From Promethearchaeota archaeon (GTDB taxonomy: Archaea; Asgardarchaeota; Heimdallarchaeia; Hodarchaeales; Hodarchaeaceae): 64,000 nt of DNA. Below, piece after piece: positions 10,504-21,200 of the stretch. Under the pieces are notes generated by a model. The model was not told the DNA's origin. It saw only the letters and a list, made by a program, of their open reading frames with translations, and made no database searches. The translations under genes and the position numbers were made by a program. Numbering within the stretch: the first letter of the stretch is position 1; every line of letters starts with the position of its first letter. The stretch is taken from positions 128,001 to 192,000 of the forward strand of contig JBHLMN010000006.1 of the NCBI GenBank assembly GCA_048938105.1. The letters run 5' to 3'.

Positions 10504-10519
10504 GAAGTCATACCCGAGG

Positions 10520-11011
10520 TTAGAAACGACCATTTGAGAACTTATCATTCTGAGATTCATGTAAAGAGCGTGAAATCCAACCTGTATTAGCCTTTCGAGA
10601 ATCAAATAGTGGAACATAAGGTTTGATATCTAGTAAAGGAATGGAATCAAGCATATCTACTCCACGAATATTGAGAATGTTTCTTGAGGGATTAAGAGAG
10701 AATACTTCCACTATCGAGATAGCAATTGGATTTGGGCGAAGAGGAGCTCTTGTGAAGAAAATACCCCGTTCTTCCTCATCTAAAAAAGGAATAATCTTCA
10801 ATTTCACCTCATTTGCTCTATGAAAATAATAGATTAATTGGAGATGGGTAAAATCCTCCAAATCATCTAATCCCTTAACATATTAAGAAAAGATTTCAAT
10901 CCAACCCTCCGCATTAGAGTAACAGGATTGAATGGGGGTTCCTTCTTTTTCTTTAAACGGTGTTCAAATATACCCAATAACCTTAAATTAGACAATTTGT
11001 GAATTTTCCAT
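10520..11011 (-). pseudogene. trmO: tRNA m6t6A37 methyltransferase TrmO/TsaA with three in-frame stops
   Basis: From ATG 11011: MENSQIV*FKVIGYI*TPFKEKEGTPIQ...IEIFS*YVKGLDDLEDFTHL...GIFFTRAPLRPNPI...LLDIKPY; stops at 10988-10990, 10964-10966, 10883-10885. Confidence 0.85.
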
Positions 11012-11042
11012 TCTATTACCTCGTTTCTAACAGAATAAGAGG

Positions 11043-11855
11043 TTAGATTCCATCAATGTCTATTTCATGTGGTTCAAAGAGTTTTCGTCCCTCCATACCA
11101 CCCGCTACGGTTATGATTTGACCTGAAATGTGACTTGCAAGCCTATCTGAAGAGAGAAACACAACAATCCTTGCAATATCCTCCGAGCGAGCCAATTTCC
11201 GAAGTGGCATTGTTTGAAGCGCACTTCGAACACTTTCATGATCTTTCAAGAATTCTTCAGTCATTGGAGTAATAGTCCAGCCTGGTGCTACAATGTTAAC
11301 TCTTCCACGAGACGCGATATGAATTATTTCATTTTTTAATGAAAGCATTAATCCATGGAGACCCGATTTTGATACAGCGTAATCCGCATGTCCTGCTTCT
11401 CCAAATACTCCAGCAGTGCTGCCAATGAAGACAATACTAGCAGATTTTTTAGGAAAGGTGACTAGATTTTGTATAAATTGTTTACTACACATAAAAGCCG
11501 CACGAAGATTGATTGCTATAGTTTTATCCCATTTTTCTAGTGCCATTTCATGAACAGGAACAGATTTTCCTGGCCAGATACCATGGTTTACCACAAGACG
11601 ATCTATCCGTCCATAAGTGTCAATACTGTCTTGAAAAAGCTTTTCAGTTTGTGATTCTGAGGACAAATCGGCTTGAAGTAAGCAATGATCGCCTACTAAT
11701 TCTGAACTAAATTTTAAAATCTGTTCTTTATTTTTATTATAATGAAGAGAAAGGCAGCAGCCTTCTTCATCAAATAGCTGAGCAATTGCTTGCCCAATAC
11801 CTCCACTTGACCCAGTTATTAAAACATGCTCACCATTGAGTCCTGAATCCACCAC
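11043..11855 (-). CDS. SDR family oxidoreductase
   Basis: TGSSGGIG, YAVSK, VNIVAPG. Confidence 0.93.
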   Translation of the reverse strand: MVDSGLNGEHVLITGSSGGIGQAIAQLFDEEGCCLSLHYNKNKEQILKFSSELVGDHCLLQADLSSESQTEKLFQDSIDTYGRIDRLVVNHGIWPGKSVPVHEMALEKWDKTIAINLRAAFMCSKQFIQNLVTFPKKSASIVFIGSTAGVFGEAGHADYAVSKSGLHGLMLSLKNEIIHIASRGRVNIVAPGWTITPMTEEFLKDHESVRSALQTMPLRKLARSEDIARIVVFLSSDRLASHISGQIITVAGGMEGRKLFEPHEIDIDGI

Positions 11856-11933
11856 GAATCACCTAGGAAATTCTTAATTTACTATTCTAATAACTGTAGT
11901 TAATTTTCCCAACTTTCGTTTTAATCCTTCTTA

Positions 11934-12737
11934 TTAGGGATTATCTATAGATAGATCGGAAATTATTGGCCAATGATCTGATGGAAAAATAGAGGGATCT
12001 TTTCCGGGATTATCATGAATAATTTGAGTGTTTTGAATTTTAATAGAGCTATTGACCCATATATAATCAATGATAGATCTACCATTCCATGATAGAATGG
12101 ATCTTTTCTTTCCTTTAAATCCATGAGCTGTAACAGCCCACCGGAATTTTTTATCCTGAATACTGTAAGTTTCGCGAAGATATTGACTTAATTTCAGATA
12201 TTCTTCCGAATTCCTTCCAAAGTTTAGGTCTCCACTCAATATTATTGGTTGATTAGGAGAATAGTTATCTATTTTTGAAATCACTAGTGAAATGCTCTTC
12301 AATCTTATCGAAGATTTTGTATTTTCAAAGTGTGTATTATAGACAGCAAATGGTATGTCATTTATAAAATTAATCCATGTACAAATTCTAAATAATCCTC
12401 CCCAAGTATTAGAACATGTATTGGGCGTATCACTTAACCAAAATGTCCCACTATTCTTGATTTCAAGCTCACGATAAAAGATAGGACAAAATTCTCCTGC
12501 TCGTATCCCATCATCCCGCCCAACCCCTTCGTACTTATATTCAGGGAGATTATTATTTAGAAACTCGAGTTGGTCTTCATAAACCTCCTGAAATCCAATT
12601 ATATCAGGTTTATATTTTTTAATTATCTTTAAAACCCTATTTTTACGGTTTAACCAAATATTTTTAGGATTTGAATAGTCACGGGAATTTTTTATATTAA
12701 AAGTCATTATACGAATTTTTTTCCCCAAAATTATCAC
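11934..12737 (-). CDS. Endonuclease/exonuclease/phosphatase family protein
   Basis: IMTFNI, DIIGFQEV, SGDLN, IDYIW, SDHWP. Confidence 0.92.
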   Translation of the reverse strand: MIILGKKIRIMTFNIKNSRDYSNPKNIWLNRKNRVLKIIKKYKPDIIGFQEVYEDQLEFLNNNLPEYKYEGVGRDDGIRAGEFCPIFYRELEIKNSGTFWLSDTPNTCSNTWGGLFRICTWINFINDIPFAVYNTHFENTKSSIRLKSISLVISKIDNYSPNQPIILSGDLNFGRNSEEYLKLSQYLRETYSIQDKKFRWAVTAHGFKGKKRSILSWNGRSIIDYIWVNSSIKIQNTQIIHDNPGKDPSIFPSDHWPIISDLSIDNP

Positions 12738-12920
12738 TTTTTTTCAGGATTCACAATGAATTAGTAGCATTTATTTAAAAGAATGGATGTGATTTTTTCA
12801 AAAAATGAAATTTTAAGAAGAAATAACTTGAAAGCACCTGTACGAGTTCAGATGCTGTCCATTGTTAATTATTACTTAAATTGATAACTATATTCTAGTA
12901 TTAATTCTTGGTTGTCCATT

Positions 12921-13976
12921 TTAGTAGATCGAAATCTCAAAAAATGACTGAAGATTTGTGATCAGTGTATAAGCCTGTGTTATCGCTTCTCTAGTTTCAT
13001 TACAGGTAATGGTTAAGTTGATTTCTCCCTTTTTGGGTGATTCTACCTTGACAAGGGCTGTACCTAAAGAAGACAACCGATATGATATTTCACTCTTTTG
13101 TTTAATTCCAGTAATGATTTTTTCATCCCCAGTTATGGTAATTTCTTGCCATAGATCATCCCATGATGGTTCTCTTGGTTTTCCGGTAATTTTCAGCTCA
13201 AGGGAAACTTTAGGAAGATTTGGTTGTTTTAGACTCCCATTCATAACAATTTGATTATTGTTAAATCTCACTTTAATTTCCTTCATTGACCCAGAATATG
13301 GAATAAGACGAACAACAAGATCAGTATTACTTTGGTCAAAGATCATATCTTGAACACGATACTGAATGGAAGATAACTTGAATCGTATATCAGCAGTTAC
13401 GAATTCTCTAGGTGGTTTTGCATCAACTGCTTCCTTAAAAACTTTTAAGTTGGATTTAACAGCATTTAGGTCAAAATTTGACCTTCTTGATATCTCTGGA
13501 CCTAGTTTTGATAACGGGAGATCAGGAGTTAATTCAACAGATCCTTTAGAAATAATTCTTTGTTCCATTCTAGGAATTTCTTTTTGAGTAATTGATGTTA
13601 TTCTATGGGGATATTCTCTCCTTACCCAAATCCGAAGCCAAATAAATGAAGTGATTAAAATGGTTGGTAATCCTAACACGACAAAACCGATTATAAGCAA
13701 CTCTATAGGATCCATTGATCCAAATGTAATCGTATATCCCATAAAATTGAATACAAACTGGAATACGTAAAAAATATAAAAAATATAAAACATAGCAAAA
13801 ACTAAACCTACTCTTAACCAAAATGGGCCTTTCCCCCAAACTATCCTTTCAATAAACTGGTCAAAACTATTCACATTTCTAATTAGAAGATCAGGATACC
13901 ATCTTTCTGATTCCTTATTGTATGGTTGTCTCTCTGACTTATCATTATTATTGCTATGGGGCTTTCTTTCAGACAT
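12921..13976 (-). CDS. Hypothetical 2-TM membrane protein with large C-terminal soluble domain
   Basis: Two hydrophobic segments near N-terminus; 29 bp downstream of the 1412-aa gene. Confidence 0.8.
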   Translation of the reverse strand: MSERKPHSNNNDKSERQPYNKESERWYPDLLIRNVNSFDQFIERIVWGKGPFWLRVGLVFAMFYIFYIFYVFQFVFNFMGYTITFGSMDPIELLIIGFVVLGLPTILITSFIWLRIWVRREYPHRITSITQKEIPRMEQRIISKGSVELTPDLPLSKLGPEISRRSNFDLNAVKSNLKVFKEAVDAKPPREFVTADIRFKLSSIQYRVQDMIFDQSNTDLVVRLIPYSGSMKEIKVRFNNNQIVMNGSLKQPNLPKVSLELKITGKPREPSWDDLWQEITITGDEKIITGIKQKSEISYRLSSLGTALVKVESPKKGEINLTITCNETREAITQAYTLITNLQSFFEISIY

Positions 13977-14005
13977 TCCATCATTCAGCTTAGCTATTGT
14001 TCTGA

Positions 14006-17000
14006 TCAGTTGATATTGGCTGCATTTTCATCCAGTTTGGTTCCACAATGATAACAAAATCGACTTTTTTCTGGGACAATGTCCTTACCGCAAGAAGGAC
14101 ATCGTTTACCCAATCTCTCTTTATCTTCTTCACTTGGTACTAGAATTTCATTATCTGTTATGTCAAGTTCGAATAATTTCTCCGGAGAGACGCCCATTTC
14201 TATAATAAAGACTTCTCTTAACTTTTTAAGATAAGAGTAAAAGGATTCTTCACTTATTTCTCCATAATCTAGATGTAGGGCCCGTTTACGATAATACTCC
14301 TTCTTATATTCCTCCCATTTTTCGTGCTTCTCTTTTGTAACTATCGATTTATCAGCAAAGATAGTGTCAAATCTCTCTATAACTTTTATTAGAGGAATCT
14401 TTACTTTTTTTAGAATCGTCACATCATCTATAACTTGCTGAGCGGGGCGAGTCTCAATTCTTTTAACCATAGCTCTGATTGCATCATCCTGATGATCTCG
14501 AAAATTCTTTACAACTTCGATTGTCTTTGGTGAAAGAGTATGTCTCTTTTCAAGCTGGTTAAGTAAATAGTTAATTCTTCCGACGTAACTGTGCTTTAGA
14601 GTTTTCAGTTCATTTATAATTTTTAATTCCTCTTGATCCAATTTAGCATCTTTTAGAACAATTTTATCTTTCGTAGTTGTTTGCTTTTCATCTTCTGTTT
14701 TTTTATCTTCATCTGGAAATAGTTCTTCTATTACTGCAGATGGTTCTGTTTGTGAATCAGGGACTGATTTTTTCGTTTTCCTTAGTGATTCCTTTGCCTC
14801 AATAGCATAATCAATATCTACGTCCTCTAATTCAAATAAATTTTCAGAAGGAGTACCTATTTCCGTAACAAGGAATTCCCTTAGCTTTATAAGATAGGAA
14901 AAGAAGGATCTTTGACTAGTTTCTCCATAATCTAGATGTAGGGCCCGTTGACGATAGTACTCCTTCTTATGTTCCTCCCATCTTTTTCGTTTCTCATTTG
15001 AAACTATTGATTCATTAGCAAAGAGAGTATCAATTCTCTCTACAACTTTTGTTAGAGGAATCTTTTCTTTGGTTATTTTGGGTTTCTTTATTATTGAACT
15101 TATGAATGCTAGCGTCTTCTCAAGAGCTTGTTTCTCATCATCTTGCAACTTTTTAGTATCAAATCCCTGTAAAAACTTCTGGGAACGGTTTAACATACTC
15201 TGAAAAATTCCCTCGCTTAAATTAGAGTTTAAATACAGGTCTATCTGTTCAACAAACCAGGTTCTCCACTCGCTGATTTCTTTGTCAGCTGTAACTAAAG
15301 TTTGATTTACCTTTAATACCTCTTTCAAGAGCTCGTAAACAGTTTTCTCTACAACCACACCTTCCTGAGGGCTCTCTGTTATTGGTTTTATGTATCTAGT
15401 GAGTATAGCATCAATAAGAGCGCGTATCTCATCCAGGACTCGCATCTCATCAACTTGTAACTCATGAAAGTCTAAGAGATATTGTTTTTGGTATCGTTTT
15501 AACATCTCTTCATATCTACCTGCATTTATCTCTGCATTTTGATAACGATCAGTCTGTCGAAAAAACCAATTATTCCATTCTTGATGATGAGGTGTTTTAA
15601 GTGTTTGATTAAGTTTTAATACCTTCTCTTGTAATTTCGAAATGATTGATTCCATATCCGTAATTTCTGGAGTGACCTGAACCTCCAGTACTGTTTCTTT
15701 AAGTGTAGTATCCCAAGAAGGACGTTTTGCAACTTTTGATTCTCTTCTTGGCGTTTTTCTTATTTTTCTCCTTCTTTCTTTCTCAGGAAGTAGTCTCTCT
15801 TTTTGTTGATGGATTGTCTTTAATAGGTCATACAGGAAGGTGTTAATCTCTTCGTATTCCAATACCTCATCAGGTTGCATATCCTCAATATTGATTTTTA
15901 ATAACGATTCTCCAGAATATCGTAACATCCTTTCAAAAGTACCTAAGTCTATTTTACCTTGCCGATATCGTGTAATTCTCCCAAGCAGCGACCTATGCCA
16001 CTCATATATTTGTTTGTTTGAGTTAGCTAACCTCTGACTTACTTCTAACATTTTCTCAAGGAGCTTAGAGGTTTCTTTTCCTATAATAATGGATTTCTGA
16101 GGAGGTGAAATCTCATCGAAGGGCTTAGATTCAATGAATTCAGAAGATTCTATTGACTGATATTCGTAGAAAGAAAAAGCTCCAGCTTCCAACGCTTTTT
16201 GGTAAGTTTGAAAGTCAGGGAATCCCCCTTTTCGGATTTTCATGACAATTTCAAAATCAGGTGCCTGATAATGATCAATTTCTTCCAACTCGGAATAGTT
16301 TGATGCTCCTAGGTCTTGTGCTCGTGTATAGCTTGAATAGTCAGGAAATTTCCCCCTTTTCATTTTTTGTGCAATTTCAAGATTAGGAGCTTGTAAATCT
16401 TGAACTAGTTGATATTCACTGAAAGATGATGCCCCAACCTCCTGAGCTTTTTGGAAGGCTAGAAAGCTAGGAAATCGCCCTTTTCGGATTTTCATGACGG
16501 TATCAATATCGGGAGCTTGAAAACGATCAAGATCTTGTAACTCAGAGTAATTGAGTGCTCCCAAGTCTTGTCCCCGTTTAAAGCTTGAATAGTCAGGAAA
16601 CTTCCCCCTTTTCATCTTTTGCGCTATTTCATAATTGGGGGCTTGTAACTGATCTATGAACTTCAGTTCTGAGTAGTTTGGTGCTCCTAGGTCTTGTGCT
16701 CGTGTATAACTTGGATAATCAGGAAAGTTGCTTTTTTGAACTCTAATTGCAGTCTCTAAATCTGGTGCATGTAAGTCATCAACTAAATGAAATTCTAATA
16801 CATTTGAAGCTCCGACTCCTAGAGCTTTTTGAAAAGTAATATAATGAGCAAATCCACCTTTTTTGATTTTATCAGCTGTTTCACGATCGGGGGCTCCAAG
16901 ACGTTCAATGAATTCCAATTCGGAGAATGTTCGGACACCTACGTCTTGCGCTCGCTGATATGATTTATAATCAGGAAATTTTCCTTCCTTGATAGCTTTT

Positions 17001-18244
17001 TCTTCGATAATTGAAACTGTAGCAACATCAAGATCTTTGGTCGGGGTTTTTGGTTCTTTTACTTCTATCGCAAGTTCTTCTTCTTGTGCAAGTTTACCTA
17101 CATAAGTGGGTTTACCTTCTATTCCAACCCAGCTATTGAATCCACAAAATGGACAGGGCGGATCTACCATTCCTTTAATTTCCATAAGAGATTCAAATTC
17201 TCTTTTCTCAACTCCTCTGAGGCAACGAGAGCAAAAGATCGCCTCATTATGTTTTATTTTCGTTCCTGATAACATAGAATAAGCACTTATTGTCTTTTGT
17301 AACACAAAGTTTCTCGTATTAGTCGTTATTTTCGCTATCCGCTCCTTATAAGGATAGATGACTCCAAGGAAGAAGAAGAAAGCGATAATTATGAGAATTT
17401 CTAATTTAATAAGAACTGGGTCTACATCAGGGATAGGAAGATCTATCAAAGCGATAATAGCGATAACAGCAATCAACCCGATCCAATGTAAATTATTCCA
17501 TACGCCATAAAATGATTTTTTTAGTGTTTGTCCGATAACAATCAAGCTGGTTTCAAGAATGTTCACGATTGAACCAAAAACCATGCTAAGAAACTTTTTA
17601 ACGCGGGCTGGTAAATTTTTAAGGCCCCGACCAAGATATCTGAAAAATCCACCGACTGTAGTTTTTATTAATTGCCAAAGAGTTGAGAAAAAGGCAACAT
17701 ATTCGAAGTTTCTCACTCTATACCAGAGAATAGTAAAAAGGTTAACAATTTTGTCATCAAGATCTGTACGGTGGGAAGTGAATCCAATAATTGTTATGAT
17801 TCCACCAATAAGCTCTATAATGAAGAGTAATTCAAATTCCAAATCTATGAAAGGGAAAATGAGAAGAGGTAAAAACATTATAAAAACGCCAAGATAGGCA
17901 ATAATCGCTCCCAATGCCCCCCATTCAGAATAATCTCTCCATCGAAGAACATCTAATACTATCCCAAAAAATAAAATAAGGCCTGTGACACCAAAAAGTG
18001 CAATTGCATATTTTCCACCCGCTAATTCTTGCCTTGCAAGGCCAAGAGACACTGTGGCTAGTATAGCTAATACAAAGAGACTTGTTCCAATCAAGGTCAA
18101 TTTTGAGAAAGAAACTATCTCTGAAAAAGACGCTTTTTTGAACGTCTTTCTTTCTTTCTTCACTTCCTTTATCTCCTTAGATTCATTGACAAATGAATCG
18201 TCCTTAGACCCTTTTTCTGGAATACTTGTTTTATCTGAATTCAT
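14006..18244 (-). CDS. 1412-aa membrane-anchored multi-repeat protein with two zinc-binding motifs
   Basis: N-terminal TM segments, CSRC..CPFC, internal repeats, C-terminal CPSC..CYHC. Confidence 0.9.
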   Translation of the reverse strand: MNSDKTSIPEKGSKDDSFVNESKEIKEVKKERKTFKKASFSEIVSFSKLTLIGTSLFVLAILATVSLGLARQELAGGKYAIALFGVTGLILFFGIVLDVLRWRDYSEWGALGAIIAYLGVFIMFLPLLIFPFIDLEFELLFIIELIGGIITIIGFTSHRTDLDDKIVNLFTILWYRVRNFEYVAFFSTLWQLIKTTVGGFFRYLGRGLKNLPARVKKFLSMVFGSIVNILETSLIVIGQTLKKSFYGVWNNLHWIGLIAVIAIIALIDLPIPDVDPVLIKLEILIIIAFFFFLGVIYPYKERIAKITTNTRNFVLQKTISAYSMLSGTKIKHNEAIFCSRCLRGVEKREFESLMEIKGMVDPPCPFCGFNSWVGIEGKPTYVGKLAQEEELAIEVKEPKTPTKDLDVATVSIIEEKAIKEGKFPDYKSYQRAQDVGVRTFSELEFIERLGAPDRETADKIKKGGFAHYITFQKALGVGASNVLEFHLVDDLHAPDLETAIRVQKSNFPDYPSYTRAQDLGAPNYSELKFIDQLQAPNYEIAQKMKRGKFPDYSSFKRGQDLGALNYSELQDLDRFQAPDIDTVMKIRKGRFPSFLAFQKAQEVGASSFSEYQLVQDLQAPNLEIAQKMKRGKFPDYSSYTRAQDLGASNYSELEEIDHYQAPDFEIVMKIRKGGFPDFQTYQKALEAGAFSFYEYQSIESSEFIESKPFDEISPPQKSIIIGKETSKLLEKMLEVSQRLANSNKQIYEWHRSLLGRITRYRQGKIDLGTFERMLRYSGESLLKINIEDMQPDEVLEYEEINTFLYDLLKTIHQQKERLLPEKERRRKIRKTPRRESKVAKRPSWDTTLKETVLEVQVTPEITDMESIISKLQEKVLKLNQTLKTPHHQEWNNWFFRQTDRYQNAEINAGRYEEMLKRYQKQYLLDFHELQVDEMRVLDEIRALIDAILTRYIKPITESPQEGVVVEKTVYELLKEVLKVNQTLVTADKEISEWRTWFVEQIDLYLNSNLSEGIFQSMLNRSQKFLQGFDTKKLQDDEKQALEKTLAFISSIIKKPKITKEKIPLTKVVERIDTLFANESIVSNEKRKRWEEHKKEYYRQRALHLDYGETSQRSFFSYLIKLREFLVTEIGTPSENLFELEDVDIDYAIEAKESLRKTKKSVPDSQTEPSAVIEELFPDEDKKTEDEKQTTTKDKIVLKDAKLDQEELKIINELKTLKHSYVGRINYLLNQLEKRHTLSPKTIEVVKNFRDHQDDAIRAMVKRIETRPAQQVIDDVTILKKVKIPLIKVIERFDTIFADKSIVTKEKHEKWEEYKKEYYRKRALHLDYGEISEESFYSYLKKLREVFIIEMGVSPEKLFELDITDNEILVPSEEDKERLGKRCPSCGKDIVPEKSRFCYHCGTKLDENAANIN
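14162..15064 (-). repeat. Two 80-aa (240-bp) intragenic repeat copies, 663 bp apart
   Basis: KIPL..V.ER.DT.FA...KKEYYR.RALHLDYGE at 14162-14401 and 14825-15064; ~30-bp identical DNA core. Confidence 0.9.
15084..16063 (-). repeat. Three diverged ~80-aa helical repeats
   Basis: L...VL...Q.L......EW......I..Y.....G.F..ML pattern, three times. Confidence 0.7.
16157..16984 (-). repeat. Tandem 42-aa (126-bp) repeat, about 6.5 copies
   Basis: Consensus GKFPDYxSYxRAQDLGAxNYSELxxIDxLQAPDxExAxKxKR. Confidence 0.92.
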
Positions 18245-21200
18245 TGTTCATCACTCCTCTCTGTTCTACCTTTCAGATTTGAAAGTTTAATAGAATCCCT
18301 CATCAGGAAAGTAATCATGACCAGGATTATTCCGGGAGCAATGAAAGGGATTCCAAGTATGATGAGAATTAGGTTTGGTTGGCCAGCCCAAGCTCCAAGT
18401 AATGTTTCGACCTCTGACTCCAAAATTCTTTGGATATTAAGTAAGGTAAAATTCTGTACGAATTTTGCTATTAGTTCAATAAAAATACCTAGAATTGGTA
18501 GATTTTCTGCTAGGAAAATTTTCGTCCACTCTCCCGAAGGATCAAATATTCCAGATAGAATTAGCACAATTCCATAAAAGATTGCTGAAACAGACAAAAT
18601 TACGAAAAGAATTAGTATAATAGAATCTATCATAGCCACAACTAATTGGCCTAACTGAGTAAATGCTTTAGATAGTAATTTCACAACTGTATAACTTGCT
18701 TTGATAATAGCAGCTTTGGCAGCAACAAAGAAGTTATAAATAGAATGGGCTAATTGAACGAAAACATTACGAATAGTAATGAACAATTGTTGAATGAAAT
18801 GATTAACCTGAACGAACCACGCAGTGTAAAGAAGACCAAGGCCACAAACCAACAACCCTATTCTGACCAACAAATGAAGGTCTGGAAAGACAGCTCTCAG
18901 TATCACAAGTGGACCAGCAAGAGTAGCAAGAGCTCGTAGAATATCTATACGGTGATCCCAGGTATAATGGAGGAAGGTTACAACCGATAAGTAAGCTGAA
19001 CGAACTGCTTGGATAATAGCATTCTTGATAGCAACAAGTACATTGTAAAAAGCATGAATTGTCCGAATAAAAGCGTCTCTAAGAGAAATAAGGGATTGTT
19101 TGATAAAGTGATTAGTTTGGTGAAACCAAGCCACATAGAGAAGAAGAAGGCCTAGAAAGGTTACCACAATAGTTATGAATGGATCGATGAATGGATAACC
19201 AAAGAGAGGTAGAGAGAAGGTTAAGATAATCAGTAAAGATCCAATAATTGTTAAAATACTACGTAAAATATTAATGCGATGATCCCAGGTATAATAGAGG
19301 AAGGCTACAATCGATAAGTAAGTAGAACGTGCAGCTTGGACAATAGCATTCTTAATGTCAACCAGAAAATCTTTGATCTCTGTTCTCCATAACAACCCAT
19401 TTTCTGTAAGACCAATAAACATTAAGGCTAAAGAAATTCTAATCTCTATTGACTCAAGAGGAAGCGGGATAGATGAGACGAAAAATATTACTCCCCAAAG
19501 TACTACACCAATACTTAGAATAGTTCCAACACTTCTGAAAGATGGATGTCCATACCAAATAGCAACTGTTAGAATATACCCACCAACGAAAAGGACTGAT
19601 GCGATTAGAAAATCAGTATACCAGAAAAAAAATCCAATTCCGATGAAGATAAATGCTACAGTTGTGGTTGAGTAACGAATAATCTCCTTGTAATAAGTAC
19701 GAATAAACAGGGCTGTTTTCTTGTATGTTTCTTTCAAGAAACGAACAAAGGCGCGAAATGCTTGAGCTATCGCATTTTTAGTATCAACCAAAAACTTATG
19801 GATGGTATGAGCAACTTTCTTAATTCCTTTAACAATTGAAACAACAGTATGAGTAAAAACATGCCAAAGCTCTATTCGCCAGACTATTCCATCCACCATA
19901 ACACCAACGAGTACCAAGCCACCTGGAATCCAAATAGCCAGTACATCATTGGAACCTAAAACAGTAAGCAGTAGAACGAATCCACAAAGGAAGACTGTAG
20001 TACTAAGAGTCGTTGTAACTGCCCTGAAATTGGCATGTTTGTACCAAATCGCCACACCCACAACGTAACCTATCAAAAAAGGAATTAAGGGTAGTTCGGG
20101 AGGTAATCTAAAAATCCACGATATTAGGGGACCAAGAATCATTAAACCAAGAGCAAAGGTTGTGATAACATCGCGGTAATATGTTTGGAGGAACTGAACT
20201 ACAGAATGGTAGGTGTTTTTTAGGAAAACAACAAATCTATGATAAGTCCGAACACTGGCGTTTTTTAGAGTAATGAGGGATTGTTTGGCAAAATGATTGG
20301 TTTGATAGAACCAAGCAGCATAGAGGAAGAGAAAACCTAGAATTACTACCCCTATACTAATACTTAGATCAATTTGATACTGTGGAGTCACCAAAGCAGA
20401 TAAGAAGAAGGCTGAAATAATCAAAAGAGATCCAATGATTGTTAATAAGGCACGTATAATATCAACACGATGATCCCAAGTATAGTGGAGGAAAGCTAGA
20501 ATTGTAAAATAGATTGAACGGCTTGTTTGAACAATTGTATTCTTAACAACAACGAGGAAGTTATAGATGGCATGATTGGTTTGATGGAACCAAGCGACAT
20601 AAAGGAGAGGCCCTCCAATGATCAAACCCCACCCGACACCACTCAGATTTAAAAACAAGGTGTTAAGGGAAACAGCAAAACCAAAAGCAACAATAAAAGC
20701 ACCAATAATCGTTAAAAAAGCTCGCAGAATACCGACGCGGTGATCCCAGGTATATTTAAGGAAAGCTTTTATTGTCAAATACATTGACAGAACTGTCTTA
20801 CGAATTAATTGAATAGTAGTACGAACGACTTGTACAACAGCATTTTTGACAGCGACAAGAAAATTGAAAATTTCTTGTCTCCAGATAATTCCATTCTCTC
20901 CTAATCCAATGACAATTAACACTCCAGAAATGAGGAGAGGGAGAGGAATAGGCCAAAGTACACCTGAAATAATGTAAGGATATAGTAGATAAAGACCCCA
21001 AAGAAGAATTAAGGTACTTAAAGCCGTAGAAATCTTTCTAAAATGAGTATGGTTTAACCAAACGACAACTCCGAAAACATAACCTCCTAAAAAAAGGCTT
21101 AAAGGTAATCCAATGGCATTATCCCACCCTATGAACCCTAGAGCCATGATCGAAAACGCAATAATGAACAGAAATAATCTAGCAATTAAAAATTTATATA

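Noticed and set aside
10883-10990. Stop-codon recoding or selenocysteine in trmO
   Set aside because: Two of the three stops are TAA, and the TGA aligns to a basic residue rather than Cys
14162-16984. CRISPR array or DGR template/variable repeats
   Set aside because: Repeats are in-frame protein-coding units; no spacers, cas or reverse transcriptase genes in the window
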